A stretch of 64,000 bases of DNA, from positions 192,001 to 256,000 of the forward strand of contig CAVTRY010000022.1 of assembly GCA_963737265.1 (NCBI GenBank), read 5' to 3'. Origin of the DNA: an uncultured delta proteobacterium. Its GTDB lineage: Bacteria > Myxococcota_A > Polyangia > Fen-1088. The position numbers were made by a program, and so were the translations under genes. This document shows, one piece after another, positions 31,876-42,235 of this stretch; positions within the stretch are counted from its first letter, which is position 1; every line of letters begins with the position of its first letter. Below the pieces are notes generated by a model. That model was not told the origin of the DNA, made no database searches, and was given only the letters and a program-made list of their open reading frames with translations.

Positions 31876-34800
31876 ATGGATCTTATCGACGGTCCTAACT
31901 CGCCGCCACCCGAGAGCTCGGAGTCGTTCATGCACCGCTTCCGCAAGTTGATCGTATTTGTCGGGGCTTCGGTCCTGGCCCTGGTCTTGACCATCGAGCA
32001 CCGTGGTCAGGATGTCCGCCTCTCCGCCGAGTCGTCGCTCAGCGCCGCGGTGCGGTCCGACAACGCAGGCTACGAGCTTGCGCAGGCGCAAATCTTCAGC
32101 AAGACGCTCTACTACGTCAACAGCCAATATTTCGACCGCACGCGCCTCGATCCCAAGCGCATGCTGGTAGGCGCGCTTGACTTCCTGCAACGCGACGTTC
32201 CCGAGGTCTTGGTCGACCGTTTCCCAGAACGCGATCCCAAGCAGGTGACGGTGAAGGTCAACGGCGAACAAAAGATATTTTCCATCGAACGCGTGGACTC
32301 GCCATGGACCTTGCGCAGCACCATCAAGGACATTTTCGCCTTCATCGAACCGCGCCTGCGACCGGTGGCGGCCAAGGACAAGGCGCGCCACCTGGTCGAG
32401 ATCGAAATGACGGCCACCAACGGCATGCTCTACACCCTTGACCCACACTCGGTGCTGCTCGACGTGGATAGTTTCAAGGACATGCGCACCACCACCCAGG
32501 GTAAATTTGGCGGCCTCGGCATCGTCATCGAAATGGATCGCAAGGGGCGCATCACGGTCAAGAAGCCCATGCCCGACACGCCGGCCATTCGCATCGGCAT
32601 CAAGGCCAAGGACCACATCGTCCGCATCAACAACGAATCGACGATGAACATGACCCTGCAGGAAGCGGTCGATCGCCTGCGCGGCGACGTGGGTTCCTCG
32701 GTCGAGGTCTACGTCGACCGCACCGGATTGCAAGCGCCCAAGAAGTTTTCCATCGTGCGCGACTACATTCGGCCGCCGGCCATCGATCCGCCGCCGCGCA
32801 TTCTTGCGGTTCCGGCGGCTGGCGCGCAACCGGCGGCCAAGATCGGCTACTTTCGCATCGTCAGCTTCTCCGCCAACACCGACGCCGACCTGACCCGAGC
32901 GCTGGCGTACTTCGAACACGAGAAGGTCAAGGGCATCGTCATGGATTTGCGCGGCAACCCGGGCGGACTTTACGACCAAGCCCAGAAGGTGGCGGATGCC
33001 TTCATCGAATCGGGCGTGCTGGTTTCCATGGTCGGCGTCGGCGGCGCGCAACGCAAGGACGAGCACGCGACCCGCAACGGCGACACCAAAGTTCCCTTGG
33101 CGGTCCTGGTCAGCCAGACCTCGGCCAGCGCGTCCGAGATCGTTGCCGGCGCGCTCAAGAATCTCGATCGCGGCGTGATTATCGGCGAGACGACCTTCGG
33201 CAAGGGATCGGTACAGATGCTGTTCGACATTCCGTCGCCGGTGCCCTTTGGCAAGAACAGCGAGGACGACAAGCTCGGTCTTAAGCTCACCACGGCCCAG
33301 TACCTCACCCCCGGCGACATTTCCATCCAGGGCGTAGGCGTGACCCCGGACATCGAGCTCGACCGCATGCGCGTCGAGAAAAAGAGCGACGAAGCCTGGA
33401 TCAGCCTGCAACCGTCCAATCGTCGGCGTCAGGAATCGGACTACGAGTGGCACCTCGAAAATCCCAACGCGCGCAAGGGAAGCCGTCCGTTCGACACCCT
33501 GTCGTACCTTTTCGTTCCGCCGCCCGGCAAGGAGCAGCACCATGCCGACGAGGATGAGCTGGATGTGGACGCCGACGCCGATGCCGATGCCGACGAGGTG
33601 GAAGAACCGGACGACGCCCGCATCGATTATCCCATCGAGTTTGCACGCGACTTGCTGGCTCAGGCGAAGTCGGCACAACGTCAAGAATTGGTCAGCCTGT
33701 CCAAGCCGTTTCTCGAAAAGGCGCGCGCGGATCAAGATCGAAAGCTTTCGCTCGCGCTCGAAAAGTTGGGCGTGGACTGGAGCAACGGATCTGTGACGAG
33801 CGACGGAGACATCCAGGCGACGCTCGCCCTTTCCGGCAGCGAGGCCAAAGCCGGAGCGGGTCGGCCCATCAAGATCCGCGGCACCGTGAGGAACACGGGG
33901 ACCACGACGGTGTATCGCGTACGCGCGGTCCTGCGCAGCGATAACCTGCTCTTCGACGAGAACGAAATGGTGTTCGGCAAGATCGCGCCGGGTGCAACCA
34001 AGACCTACGACTTGGCGGTGAAAATTCCCAAGAACAGCCTCACGCGCACCGACGTTCTGCGCGCCGAGTTTTCTGCGCAAGGCAAGCTACGCGCGAACAG
34101 CGCCGAAATGACTCTCAACATCGAGGGCAAACCTCACCCGCTCTTCGCCTACGCCTACCAAACCCTCGACGACGTGGCCGGCAATCGCGACGGCCGCGTG
34201 CAAAAAGGCGAACGCGTGCGCACCGTCGTTCGGGTCAAGAATATCGGCGCAGGTCCGTCGCTGCACACCGAAGCCATCGTCCGCAATGGCGCCGGCCAAG
34301 AAGGAATTTTGATCAGCGCCGGTCGCTTCGAGGCCAAGGATCTGGCGCCCGGCGCGACCAAGGATTTCTCGTTCGTCTACGAGGTCGGCAACGACTTCCA
34401 GGGCGACGAGTACCAACTCGAGTTGATGGTCGCCGATACCGTTCTTGGCGAGTCCATCTCGGACAAGATCAAGATCAAGGTGGCACCGCCAGGCCCGGCG
34501 CCCACGCCCGACGACGGCTCGGTGACTGCGAGCAAAGCCAACGTGCCTTTGCGCGAAGCGCCTTCTGGCGACGCACTCATACTCGGCTACGCAAACCAGG
34601 GAAGCTCCTTCCACGCCACCGGCAAGATTGGCAGCTTTAACCGCGTCGACATCGAAAGCGGACGAAGCGCTTTCGTGGCGACCGCGGATCTTACCCGCGG
34701 CGGCAGCGGCGCCCCAGTCTATCGCCAGGAATGGGACGTGACGCCGCCGGTGCTGTCCGTGAATGCGCCCACGGTGGTCACCGGCAGCCTGGTACATCTG

Positions 34801-35058
34801 ACGGGGACGGCCACCGACAACACCGAGGTCAAGGACATCTACATCCGCGTGTGGAACCGCGAATCCAAGCTGCCGCCCAAAAAGGTCTTCTACCTGCCAA
34901 ACAAGGGCGAGAAGACCCGGCTGTCGTTCGAAGCCGACGTCCCGCTTTGGCCGGGCAGCAATCTCATTCAGGTCTTCGCGCGCGAGAGCAACGAGGTGCA
35001 ATCGGTGCAGACGGTGATGGTGCTTCAACGCCCAAATCCCAGCGTCTCGCAGAAATAG
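31876..35058 (+). CDS. S41 C-terminal processing peptidase, MXAN_5808-like (PDZ + S41 + Ig-like C-terminal domains); start may be 31930
   Basis: LDPHS, GKFGGLG, DLRGNPGG, SASASEIVAGALK, TFGKGSVQ, KLTTAQYLTPG. Confidence 0.9.
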   Translation: MDLIDGPNSPPPESSESFMHRFRKLIVFVGASVLALVLTIEHRGQDVRLSAESSLSAAVRSDNAGYELAQAQIFSKTLYYVNSQYFDRTRLDPKRMLVGALDFLQRDVPEVLVDRFPERDPKQVTVKVNGEQKIFSIERVDSPWTLRSTIKDIFAFIEPRLRPVAAKDKARHLVEIEMTATNGMLYTLDPHSVLLDVDSFKDMRTTTQGKFGGLGIVIEMDRKGRITVKKPMPDTPAIRIGIKAKDHIVRINNESTMNMTLQEAVDRLRGDVGSSVEVYVDRTGLQAPKKFSIVRDYIRPPAIDPPPRILAVPAAGAQPAAKIGYFRIVSFSANTDADLTRALAYFEHEKVKGIVMDLRGNPGGLYDQAQKVADAFIESGVLVSMVGVGGAQRKDEHATRNGDTKVPLAVLVSQTSASASEIVAGALKNLDRGVIIGETTFGKGSVQMLFDIPSPVPFGKNSEDDKLGLKLTTAQYLTPGDISIQGVGVTPDIELDRMRVEKKSDEAWISLQPSNRRRQESDYEWHLENPNARKGSRPFDTLSYLFVPPPGKEQHHADEDELDVDADADADADEVEEPDDARIDYPIEFARDLLAQAKSAQRQELVSLSKPFLEKARADQDRKLSLALEKLGVDWSNGSVTSDGDIQATLALSGSEAKAGAGRPIKIRGTVRNTGTTTVYRVRAVLRSDNLLFDENEMVFGKIAPGATKTYDLAVKIPKNSLTRTDVLRAEFSAQGKLRANSAEMTLNIEGKPHPLFAYAYQTLDDVAGNRDGRVQKGERVRTVVRVKNIGAGPSLHTEAIVRNGAGQEGILISAGRFEAKDLAPGATKDFSFVYEVGNDFQGDEYQLELMVADTVLGESISDKIKIKVAPPGPAPTPDDGSVTASKANVPLREAPSGDALILGYANQGSSFHATGKIGSFNRVDIESGRSAFVATADLTRGGSGAPVYRQEWDVTPPVLSVNAPTVVTGSLVHLTGTATDNTEVKDIYIRVWNRESKLPPKKVFYLPNKGEKTRLSFEADVPLWPGSNLIQVFARESNEVQSVQTVMVLQRPNPSVSQK

Positions 35059-35074
35059 CGCTGCGCGAAAATAG

Positions 35075-37345
35075 CTATACCGACGGCCAACTTGTCCGGG
35101 TAACCGAATCGTCGAAATGCAGAACGCGCCCTTTGCCGGCGCGCTTGCCCATCAGCAATGCGCGATCGGCCCGGCGCAGGAGCTCTTCCTGGTCGAAGCT
35201 TGAGGTCGCGGGATCGAACGTGGCGACGCCAAAGGTGGCACCCACCACGCCTTGCCGATCCACCGGCTCGCCGATCACGCCCTGGCGGATGCGCTCCGCC
35301 GCCGCCCGCGCCTGGATACCGTCGGTCTCGGGTAACAGAATCACGAATTCGTCGCCACCGTAGCGGGCCACGGTGTCGAATTCGCGCAGACTGCGGCGCA
35401 GGCGTTCCGCCACCCGCAGCAGCACGCGATCGCCGGCGTCGTGGCCGTGCTCGTCATTCACCTGCTTGAAGCCGTCCAGGTCGACGACAATGAGGCTCAG
35501 GCTGCGCAGGTGGCGACGGGCGCGGGCGAACTCGCTTTCCAAACGGTGGATGAGATGGCGGCGATTGAACAAACCGGTGAGCGGGTCGGTGACCGCCAGG
35601 GCCTCGACCTCCTTGCGCGCTTCCTCGACCGCGCGGATGAGCTGGGCGCCCTTGAGCGCCGCGCCCAGAACCAGCCGCAATTCCCCGTACACCCTGGTAT
35701 CGACGGTGCCGTAGTCGAACAGCGCCAGGCCCAAGCACTCGCCACGAAAACCGAGCGGCTCGACGAGAACCGAACGACCGTCAAGAAAATCCGCCGGCGC
35801 GAGCAAGGTCGAGCGATAGCGAACCGGCGCCGGCTGCCGCCCGTGCTCGGTGAAAATGAGGGCGGTCTCCAGCCCCTCGCTGACCTTTCCCGGCTCGGTG
35901 AAAAGCGCGATGACCCCGGCGTGGATACCGAGGCCGGGCAGGTGGTTCGCCGCAGTCTCGGCCAGGGTGGTCACGTCGGGCGCGGCCAGCAGGGCCGCGG
36001 TCGCTTCGGCAAGCACTGCCATCCGGTCCATGAGAGCGCTTCGCCGACGCGACTGCGCGATGGCCGCCAGGTTGCTCGCCGACAGCAGCGCTTCTTGGAG
36101 CAGATCCTCGATGCGCGCGCGCGTTTCCGGATCGCCGGCGCAGGCCAGAATGTGGCGGCGAAACACGACCAGGACGTCCTGCGCGCTACCGACCTCGCTG
36201 CCCTTGAGCAGAAGCTCGTAGCAGATGTTTTCCACAAAATCGAGAAACGATGCCTGGCCCGGATCGTTGAGTTGCAGAAGGAAGGAATCGAACAAGCGAT
36301 CCTCCCAGCCCTCGCTGACGAATTCGAAACCGCCGTGCGCGGCCCGATCGATATCCTCGATCAAGCGAGCCCGATGCATGCGCAGGGCCGCGCCTAGCTC
36401 TTTGTTCTCGCTGGTGACGTTCCAGGAAGGCACCGTTTCACGGTGGTGTACGCTGCATCCACACGAGCGACGTTTGACGAACTCGGTTTCGAAGGTCACG
36501 ACCTCGGCCACGCTTTCGCTTCCGCGCACCGCTGCGGCCAGAATCGAAACCGCGTGGCGAATCTGTTCGTCGATGGGTTGGCGAACCGTGGTGAGAGGCA
36601 CGCGTGCGTAACGCGCGAATTCGGTGTCGTCGAAGCCGACCAAGGCAATTTGGCGCGGAACATTGACCCCGCGTCGATCGAGCTCGTCGAGCGCGCCCAG
36701 GGCCATCAAGTCGTCAGCGCAGGCGATGGCGTCGATGTCGGAGGGTGCAAGGCCCCGCTCGCCGAAGAGAGTCGCCACCGCGCGCGCGCCGGCTTCGCGG
36801 GTGAAGTTTCCGGTGACCACGAAGCGCGGGTCGGCCTCGAGACCGCGATCCGCGGTGGCGCGTAGATAGCCGCGGGTTCGCGCTTGTGCCTCCTGGCTGC
36901 CCTCGGGCCCGGCGACGAAGGCAATACGCCGCAAGTGGTGACTTTCGACCAGGTGCCTGACCGCCGTATACATGCCGGTCTCATTGTCCATGAGCAGGGT
37001 GGTGACGCCGGCAAGCGCGACCCCCAAACAAACTCTGGGAACGGCGGCGAAACGCGCCACGAAGTCGGTCAGCTCGGCCAAGGTCGAGTGATGCCCGATG
37101 GTGTGGGTGCAAATTAGAAGTGCGTCGACGCAGTCCGGGCCAACGAGATCGTAAACGAAACGCTTGGGATCGCGCGAATCCATGCCGAGCACGCCGCCTG
37201 AGACCGCGATGAAGTCGAGACCATGCTCGCGCGCCGCCCGCTCCGCCGCGACGAGAACGCGCGTCTGAAACTCGTAGTCGTAGCCATCGGCCAAAAGACC
37301 CAGGCGAGGACCACGACATCGGGTACCAGTTTTTTTCTCAGCCAT
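35075..37345 (-). CDS. Diguanylate cyclase with N-terminal LacI-type sugar-binding domain
   Basis: DNETGM, RRIAFVAGP, ALVGFDD, LTTVRQP, RRSCGC; C-terminal DPLTGL..REFD..RYGGDEF. Confidence 0.9.
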   Translation of the reverse strand: MAEKKTGTRCRGPRLGLLADGYDYEFQTRVLVAAERAAREHGLDFIAVSGGVLGMDSRDPKRFVYDLVGPDCVDALLICTHTIGHHSTLAELTDFVARFAAVPRVCLGVALAGVTTLLMDNETGMYTAVRHLVESHHLRRIAFVAGPEGSQEAQARTRGYLRATADRGLEADPRFVVTGNFTREAGARAVATLFGERGLAPSDIDAIACADDLMALGALDELDRRGVNVPRQIALVGFDDTEFARYARVPLTTVRQPIDEQIRHAVSILAAAVRGSESVAEVVTFETEFVKRRSCGCSVHHRETVPSWNVTSENKELGAALRMHRARLIEDIDRAAHGGFEFVSEGWEDRLFDSFLLQLNDPGQASFLDFVENICYELLLKGSEVGSAQDVLVVFRRHILACAGDPETRARIEDLLQEALLSASNLAAIAQSRRRSALMDRMAVLAEATAALLAAPDVTTLAETAANHLPGLGIHAGVIALFTEPGKVSEGLETALIFTEHGRQPAPVRYRSTLLAPADFLDGRSVLVEPLGFRGECLGLALFDYGTVDTRVYGELRLVLGAALKGAQLIRAVEEARKEVEALAVTDPLTGLFNRRHLIHRLESEFARARRHLRSLSLIVVDLDGFKQVNDEHGHDAGDRVLLRVAERLRRSLREFDTVARYGGDEFVILLPETDGIQARAAAERIRQGVIGEPVDRQGVVGATFGVATFDPATSSFDQEELLRRADRALLMGKRAGKGRVLHFDDSVTRTSWPSV

Positions 37346-37451
37346 CAGCGGTGACCGCACAAAGTTTTTCCACTGACAAGGTAGTTCCGTCGCGCGCACG
37401 CTGCAAGGGGCCCCTGGCTGTGCGTCCTGGGCTCACATGCACCGAATCGTG

Positions 37452-37466
37452 TGGCACGTCGCTCGC
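37452..37466 (+). promoter_or_regulatory. Putative sigma54 promoter upstream of uvrD
   Basis: TGGCACGTCGCTCGC (GG-N10-GC). Confidence 0.4.
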
Positions 37467-37506
37467 CTCTGTCGACTGGCGCGCGCCCACTCTGTATAAC
37501 GGTTGC

Positions 37507-39834
37507 GTGGAATCGGCGGACTTGCTTCCAACCGTTGCCAGCCTTCCGGCTGGCCGCTTCTCGGCCAGCGCGCTTCATCGCGAGCTGAACCAATCCCAGG
37601 TCGAGGCCGTCATTTACCCGCCCAAACCGCTGCTGGTCGTCGCTGGCGCCGGCTCGGGCAAGACGCGCGTCATCACCTACCGGCTGGCGCACCTATTGTC
37701 GCAAGGCGCGGATCCGCGCGGAATCCTGGCCGTGACCTTCACCAACAAAGCGGCGCGCGAGCTCAAAGAACGCGTGGAGCGTCTGTTCGGCGGTCCGGGC
37801 GCCGGCATCCACGGCATGTGGCTCGGTACGTTTCACGGCATTGCCGCTCGCCTTCTGCGCCGTTTCGGTACGGCGATCGGCGTGCGCAAGGAATTCGTCA
37901 TCTACGACGACGACGACTCGCGCCGACTGATGTCGCGCGTGCTGGCCGACATGAAGGTCGTCGAAAAGAATTTTCCCGTCCGCCAGGTCCTGTCCTTGAT
38001 CGATCGCGCCAAGAATCAAGGTGTGACCGCGAACAATTTTCCGTCGGGAGACTACTTCGACGAAGTGGTGTCCAAGGCCTACCGCCTGTACGAGGAGCGC
38101 CTGACCGCCGCCAACGCCGTCGACTTCGGTGGGCTGTTGCTCTCTGCGCTCAATCTGTGCAAGGCCGACTGCACCGCCGCGCCCGAGTTGGCCCACTTGT
38201 TCGACCACGTGATGGTCGACGAATTCCAGGACACCAACAGCGTCCAGTACCGCCTGGTGCGCTTCCTGTCCCATCGCACCGGCAGCATCACCGTGGTGGG
38301 CGACGAGGATCAATCGATCTACCGGTGGCGCGGCGCCGACATTCGCAACATCCTCGATTTCGAGCACGACCACCCTGGCGCGGGCGTGATTAAGCTGGAG
38401 CAAAACTACCGTTCGACCAGTAACATTCTTCGCACCGCCAACGCCGTGATCACGCGCAACAAGGAGCGCCGGCCCAAGCGCCTGTTTACCGAGCAGGACG
38501 CCGGCGCGCCCGTGGTCGTGTTCGAAGGCGACAGCGAGCGCGAAGAAGCCGAGTTTGTAGCCGCCACCATCGGCGCCGATCTGGCCAAGGACGCCGCGCC
38601 CCGCGACTTCGCCGTTTTTTATCGAACCAACGCCCAGTCGCGCGTGATCGAAGAAGCCTTACGCGTGCGCAACATCGCCTACGTCATCGTGGGCGGCACG
38701 CGCTTCTACGATCGGGCGGAGGTCAAGGATCTGCTGTCGTATCTGCGCGTGTTGCAGAACCCCGAAGATTCCATCGGTCTTCAGCGCATCATCAACGTGC
38801 CGGCGCGCGGAATTGGCAACACCACCCTCGACCGTCTGCTGGCCGTGGCGACCTTGCACCGGACGAGCCTGTTCGCCGCGCTCGAGATCGCCGCCCAAGA
38901 TCCCGCAATCCTGGGTCAAGCGGCCCGCCGCAAAGTCGCCGACTTCTTCGCGCTGATGACCAGATTGCGTGCGGCGCTCGCCCTACCGCCGGCCGAGCTG
39001 GCGGAAAAGGTACTGGAGGAGTCCGGCTACCGCGACTTTCTGGCCGCGGACGCCAGCCTGGAATCCGAAGGCCGCCTGGAAAACCTGCTCGAGCTTGTTG
39101 GCCAAATGCGCGAGTACGAGCGCGACAGCGAGGAGCCAACCCTATCAGGCTTTCTCGAACGCATCACCTTGGCGTCCGATGTGGACGGCTACGATCCAGA
39201 CAAGGGCGCGGTCGCGCTCATGACCGTGCACACTGCCAAGGGTTTGGAATTCGACGTGGTGTTCGTGACCGGACTGGAAGAGGGCACTTTCCCGCACCAG
39301 CGCAGCATCGACGACGATGGGGCGATGGAAGAAGAACGTCGGCTGTGCTACGTGGCGGTCACGCGCGCGCGCAAGCGATTGTTCCTTTGTCGCGCCCGCT
39401 GGCGCCGGCTGTCCGGGCAAACCTTCGGCGGAATTCCCAGTCGCTTTCTGCGCGACTTGCCGCCCGAGGGAATCGACCACATCGTAACCCCGCAGCGATC
39501 CTATCAGGACGTGAACACCGAGGGCGCGGGACCGTGGCAAGGCCGCTGGAACAAGGACGGCGGAGGCACGCGAGGCTCACCCGGCCGCCCGAGCGCCCCC
39601 TCGGGTACAGCACCACGGGGAGAAATCACACGCCACTACGATGAAGGCGCGGCACCGGGCGGCGGCGGCGAAGGCGAGCTCGGATTGCGGGTCGGCGTGA
39701 AGGTTCGGCACGCGCAGTTCGGCATCGGTGAAGTGCGCGCCTGGCAATCATCGGGCGCCGATCTCAAAGTCACGGTGCGCTTTGCCAGCGTCGGCGCCAA
39801 GACTGTCCTGGCACGCTTCCTGGCGCGGCCATAG
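37507..39834 (+). CDS. uvrD: UvrD/PcrA DNA helicase
   Basis: AGAGSGKT, TFTNKAA, VDEFQD, GDEDQSIY, QNYRS, HTAKGLEF, EEERRLCYVAVTRA, C-terminal Tudor-like domain. Confidence 0.96.
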   Translation: MESADLLPTVASLPAGRFSASALHRELNQSQVEAVIYPPKPLLVVAGAGSGKTRVITYRLAHLLSQGADPRGILAVTFTNKAARELKERVERLFGGPGAGIHGMWLGTFHGIAARLLRRFGTAIGVRKEFVIYDDDDSRRLMSRVLADMKVVEKNFPVRQVLSLIDRAKNQGVTANNFPSGDYFDEVVSKAYRLYEERLTAANAVDFGGLLLSALNLCKADCTAAPELAHLFDHVMVDEFQDTNSVQYRLVRFLSHRTGSITVVGDEDQSIYRWRGADIRNILDFEHDHPGAGVIKLEQNYRSTSNILRTANAVITRNKERRPKRLFTEQDAGAPVVVFEGDSEREEAEFVAATIGADLAKDAAPRDFAVFYRTNAQSRVIEEALRVRNIAYVIVGGTRFYDRAEVKDLLSYLRVLQNPEDSIGLQRIINVPARGIGNTTLDRLLAVATLHRTSLFAALEIAAQDPAILGQAARRKVADFFALMTRLRAALALPPAELAEKVLEESGYRDFLAADASLESEGRLENLLELVGQMREYERDSEEPTLSGFLERITLASDVDGYDPDKGAVALMTVHTAKGLEFDVVFVTGLEEGTFPHQRSIDDDGAMEEERRLCYVAVTRARKRLFLCRARWRRLSGQTFGGIPSRFLRDLPPEGIDHIVTPQRSYQDVNTEGAGPWQGRWNKDGGGTRGSPGRPSAPSGTAPRGEITRHYDEGAAPGGGGEGELGLRVGVKVRHAQFGIGEVRAWQSSGADLKVTVRFASVGAKTVLARFLARP

Positions 39835-39909
39835 TTCGTAGCTCATCAACAATTGCGAGAACGGGAATACGGGTCTAGCCTGGTACGTCCAATCTCGGGG
39901 GAGAAAAAC

Positions 39910-40809
39910 ATGACCCGATCCGCACCTTGGCTTCTCGTTCTCACAATTCCCGGCATCGTCGCGGGCTGTGTGGTTCGCACCGCGGTTCCCGTCGGACCAC
40001 CACCGCCGGATCCGCAGCCGGTGTACTACCAGCCTGCGCCCCAGCCGGTCTACCAGCCCGAGCCGCCGCCGTCCGCGCCGGTGGTCGAGGAAGAGTCGGT
40101 TTTCGTTCCCAATGCGCCGCCACCGCCGCAGCAGGAGTACGTTCCCCCCGCGCCAGGGCCCGGTTACTACTGGGTTCGTGGCTACTGGAACTGGAACAGC
40201 TACCAATGGGCCTGGGTTCCGGGCTATTGGGAGTATGCCCAGCCTGGGCATGTCTACGTCGAGCCGACCTATGTGATTATCGACGGGCGTTGGCAATACC
40301 GGCGCGGCTATTGGAATGAGCCCGGTGGCCGCCGCGAATATGTTCGCCCCTACGAACGCAGGGCTCCGCCGCGCGAAGACTGGCGCAGACCGGGCGCGCC
40401 ACCGCCCGCGCCTGGCTACGGACGTGCGGCGCCCGGCCGGCCCTACGGCGCGCCCGAACCCCAGCGTGGATTTGCACAGCCCGCCCAGCCTGGCCCACCC
40501 GGGCGCTCTTTTCCGCAACAACCGGGCCGCCCAGGCCCGATGCAGCCGCAGTCCCAGCAGCAACCCATGGGCCGCGCAGCGCCAACCTCGGCGACGAGCC
40601 CGCAACCTGGGCGCGAAGGACCGACCGCGGTTCATGGCGGTCAAATGCACACGCAGCCCGTGCAGCAGGGATCGGCCCCACCAATGGGCGGAATGCCACA
40701 CCGCGGGCCCGCACCCGCGCCAACAGCGGCGCCTTCCGGGAACAAGTCAGCAGCTCAGCCGGTTCACCCCAAGTCCCAGCCCCGCCGCGGTCCGGCGCCC
40801 AAGCCCTAG
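39910..40809 (+). CDS. YXWGXW-repeat Pro-rich lipoprotein
   Basis: Lipobox VAGC; YYWVRGYW, WVPGYW repeats. Confidence 0.8.
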   Translation: MTRSAPWLLVLTIPGIVAGCVVRTAVPVGPPPPDPQPVYYQPAPQPVYQPEPPPSAPVVEEESVFVPNAPPPPQQEYVPPAPGPGYYWVRGYWNWNSYQWAWVPGYWEYAQPGHVYVEPTYVIIDGRWQYRRGYWNEPGGRREYVRPYERRAPPREDWRRPGAPPPAPGYGRAAPGRPYGAPEPQRGFAQPAQPGPPGRSFPQQPGRPGPMQPQSQQQPMGRAAPTSATSPQPGREGPTAVHGGQMHTQPVQQGSAPPMGGMPHRGPAPAPTAAPSGNKSAAQPVHPKSQPRRGPAPKP

Positions 40810-40819
40810 TCTCGAGTTT

Positions 40820-40842
40820 CCGCCCGCTGGGAAAGCGGGCGG
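40820..40842. terminator. GC hairpin after the YXWGXW gene
   Basis: CCGCCCGCT-gggaa-AGCGGGCGG; no U-tract. Confidence 0.4.
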
Positions 40843-40848
40843 TGGCGC

Positions 40849-40863
40849 TGGCATGTGACGTGC
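40849..40863 (+). promoter_or_regulatory. Putative sigma54 promoter of the XPB-Bax1 operon
   Basis: TGGCATGTGACGTGC (GG-N10-GC), 13 nt before the ATG. Confidence 0.45.
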
Positions 40864-40876
40864 ACAAGCACGGAGC

Positions 40877-42235
40877 ATGCGCCTCATATTCGATCGCGGA
40901 ACCATCGTTATCCTCGGCAGCGAATCGCCCAAAGAGCTCGCCGATCTCCCGGGTGCGCTGTGGGATCCTCGCATCGGATCCCTGCGCTGTCCGGCCCGGT
41001 TTCACCACGCCCTGGTCGCCGAGCTTGGTCGACGGCGTGTCCAGTTTGCGGACGAGGTGGCCGAACATTCGGCCGCCAGTCTGATGGAAAACCTCGCCCC
41101 GGTTGACTTGCGGCCTTATCAAGAAGCGGCGCTCGCCGCGTGGGACCTGGCGGGCCGGCGCGGAACGGCAGTGCTGCCGACGGGGGCAGGCAAGACCCGG
41201 CTCGCCATCGCCGCCATGGCTCGCGCGGGCGTGCCAGCGCTTTGCCTCGTTCCCACGCGCGTTCTGCTCGACCAGTGGGCGCGCGCCATTCAGGAAATCC
41301 TCGCCATCGTGCCGGGACGCCTGGGCGATGGCGAGAGGCGAATCGACAGCCTCACCGTGGCGACGTTCGAGAGCGGCTGGCGCCACATGCATCGTTTGGG
41401 AAACCAATTCGGCATGGTCGTGGTCGACGAGGCACACCACTTTGGCAACGGCATGCGCGACGAGGCGCTCGACATGTGCATCGCGCCCCTGCGCCTCGGA
41501 CTGACCGCGACCAAGCCGCGCGGGCAGCCGGCGGCGAGGCTTGCCGAATTGGTCGGCCCCACGGTGTACGAGCTTCGCGTCGACGAGCTCACTGGGGAAT
41601 TTCTCGCACCCTACGACGCCGTGGTGCTGCATCTCGATCTCACCGTCGAGGAACGCGCCCACTACGACGAGCTGATGGCGACGTTCCGCGACGTCATGGG
41701 CGGCTATCGTCGCTTCCACCCCGAAGCAAGCTGGGACGAATTCGCCACGGCGGCGGCACGTACCGACGCCGGCCGGCGGGCCATTTCAGCCTGGCATCGC
41801 GCGCGCAAGCTCATCGCCTTTCCCGCCGCCAAGCGCGCCATGGTGGGCACCCTGCTCGAACGCCATCGAGCTACGCCCACCATCGTCTTCACGGCGGACA
41901 ATCCGACGGCTTATGCCATCAGCCGCGAGCACCTCATCATGCCGCTGACCTGCGATATCAAACGCAAAGAGCGCGAACGCATGTTGACCCTGTTCAAGCA
42001 AGGCAAGCTGCGCGCCCTGGTTTCGGCGCAGGTGCTCAACGAGGGACTCGACGTCCCCGAGGCCGAAGTCGGGATCATCGTGGCGGGAAACAAGGGCGAA
42101 CGTGAATACGTGCAACGCGTGGGTCGCGTGCTGCGGCCCCGCCCGGGCAAGCGCGCCCTGGTCTACGAATTGGTGGTGCGGGCAACGACCGAGGTCGGCC
42201 AATCACGCCGACGGAGACAAGCCCTTGCTGCCTGA
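40877..42235 (+). CDS. XPB/Rad25-like SF2 helicase
   Basis: LRPYQ, PTGAGKT, DEAHH, LGLTAT, LNEGLDVP, QRVGRVLR. Confidence 0.9.
   Translation: MRLIFDRGTIVILGSESPKELADLPGALWDPRIGSLRCPARFHHALVAELGRRRVQFADEVAEHSAASLMENLAPVDLRPYQEAALAAWDLAGRRGTAVLPTGAGKTRLAIAAMARAGVPALCLVPTRVLLDQWARAIQEILAIVPGRLGDGERRIDSLTVATFESGWRHMHRLGNQFGMVVVDEAHHFGNGMRDEALDMCIAPLRLGLTATKPRGQPAARLAELVGPTVYELRVDELTGEFLAPYDAVVLHLDLTVEERAHYDELMATFRDVMGGYRRFHPEASWDEFATAAARTDAGRRAISAWHRARKLIAFPAAKRAMVGTLLERHRATPTIVFTADNPTAYAISREHLIMPLTCDIKRKERERMLTLFKQGKLRALVSAQVLNEGLDVPEAEVGIIVAGNKGEREYVQRVGRVLRPRPGKRALVYELVVRATTEVGQSRRRRQALAA

Noticed and set aside
33565-33595. GACGCC/GATGCC hexamer run
   Set aside because: In-frame low-complexity Asp-Ala linker inside the S41 peptidase.
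31642-34080. 812-aa minus-strand ORF and similar long overlapping ORFs elsewhere
   Set aside because: Antisense to well-supported genes such as the S41 peptidase; typical GC-rich shadow ORFs.
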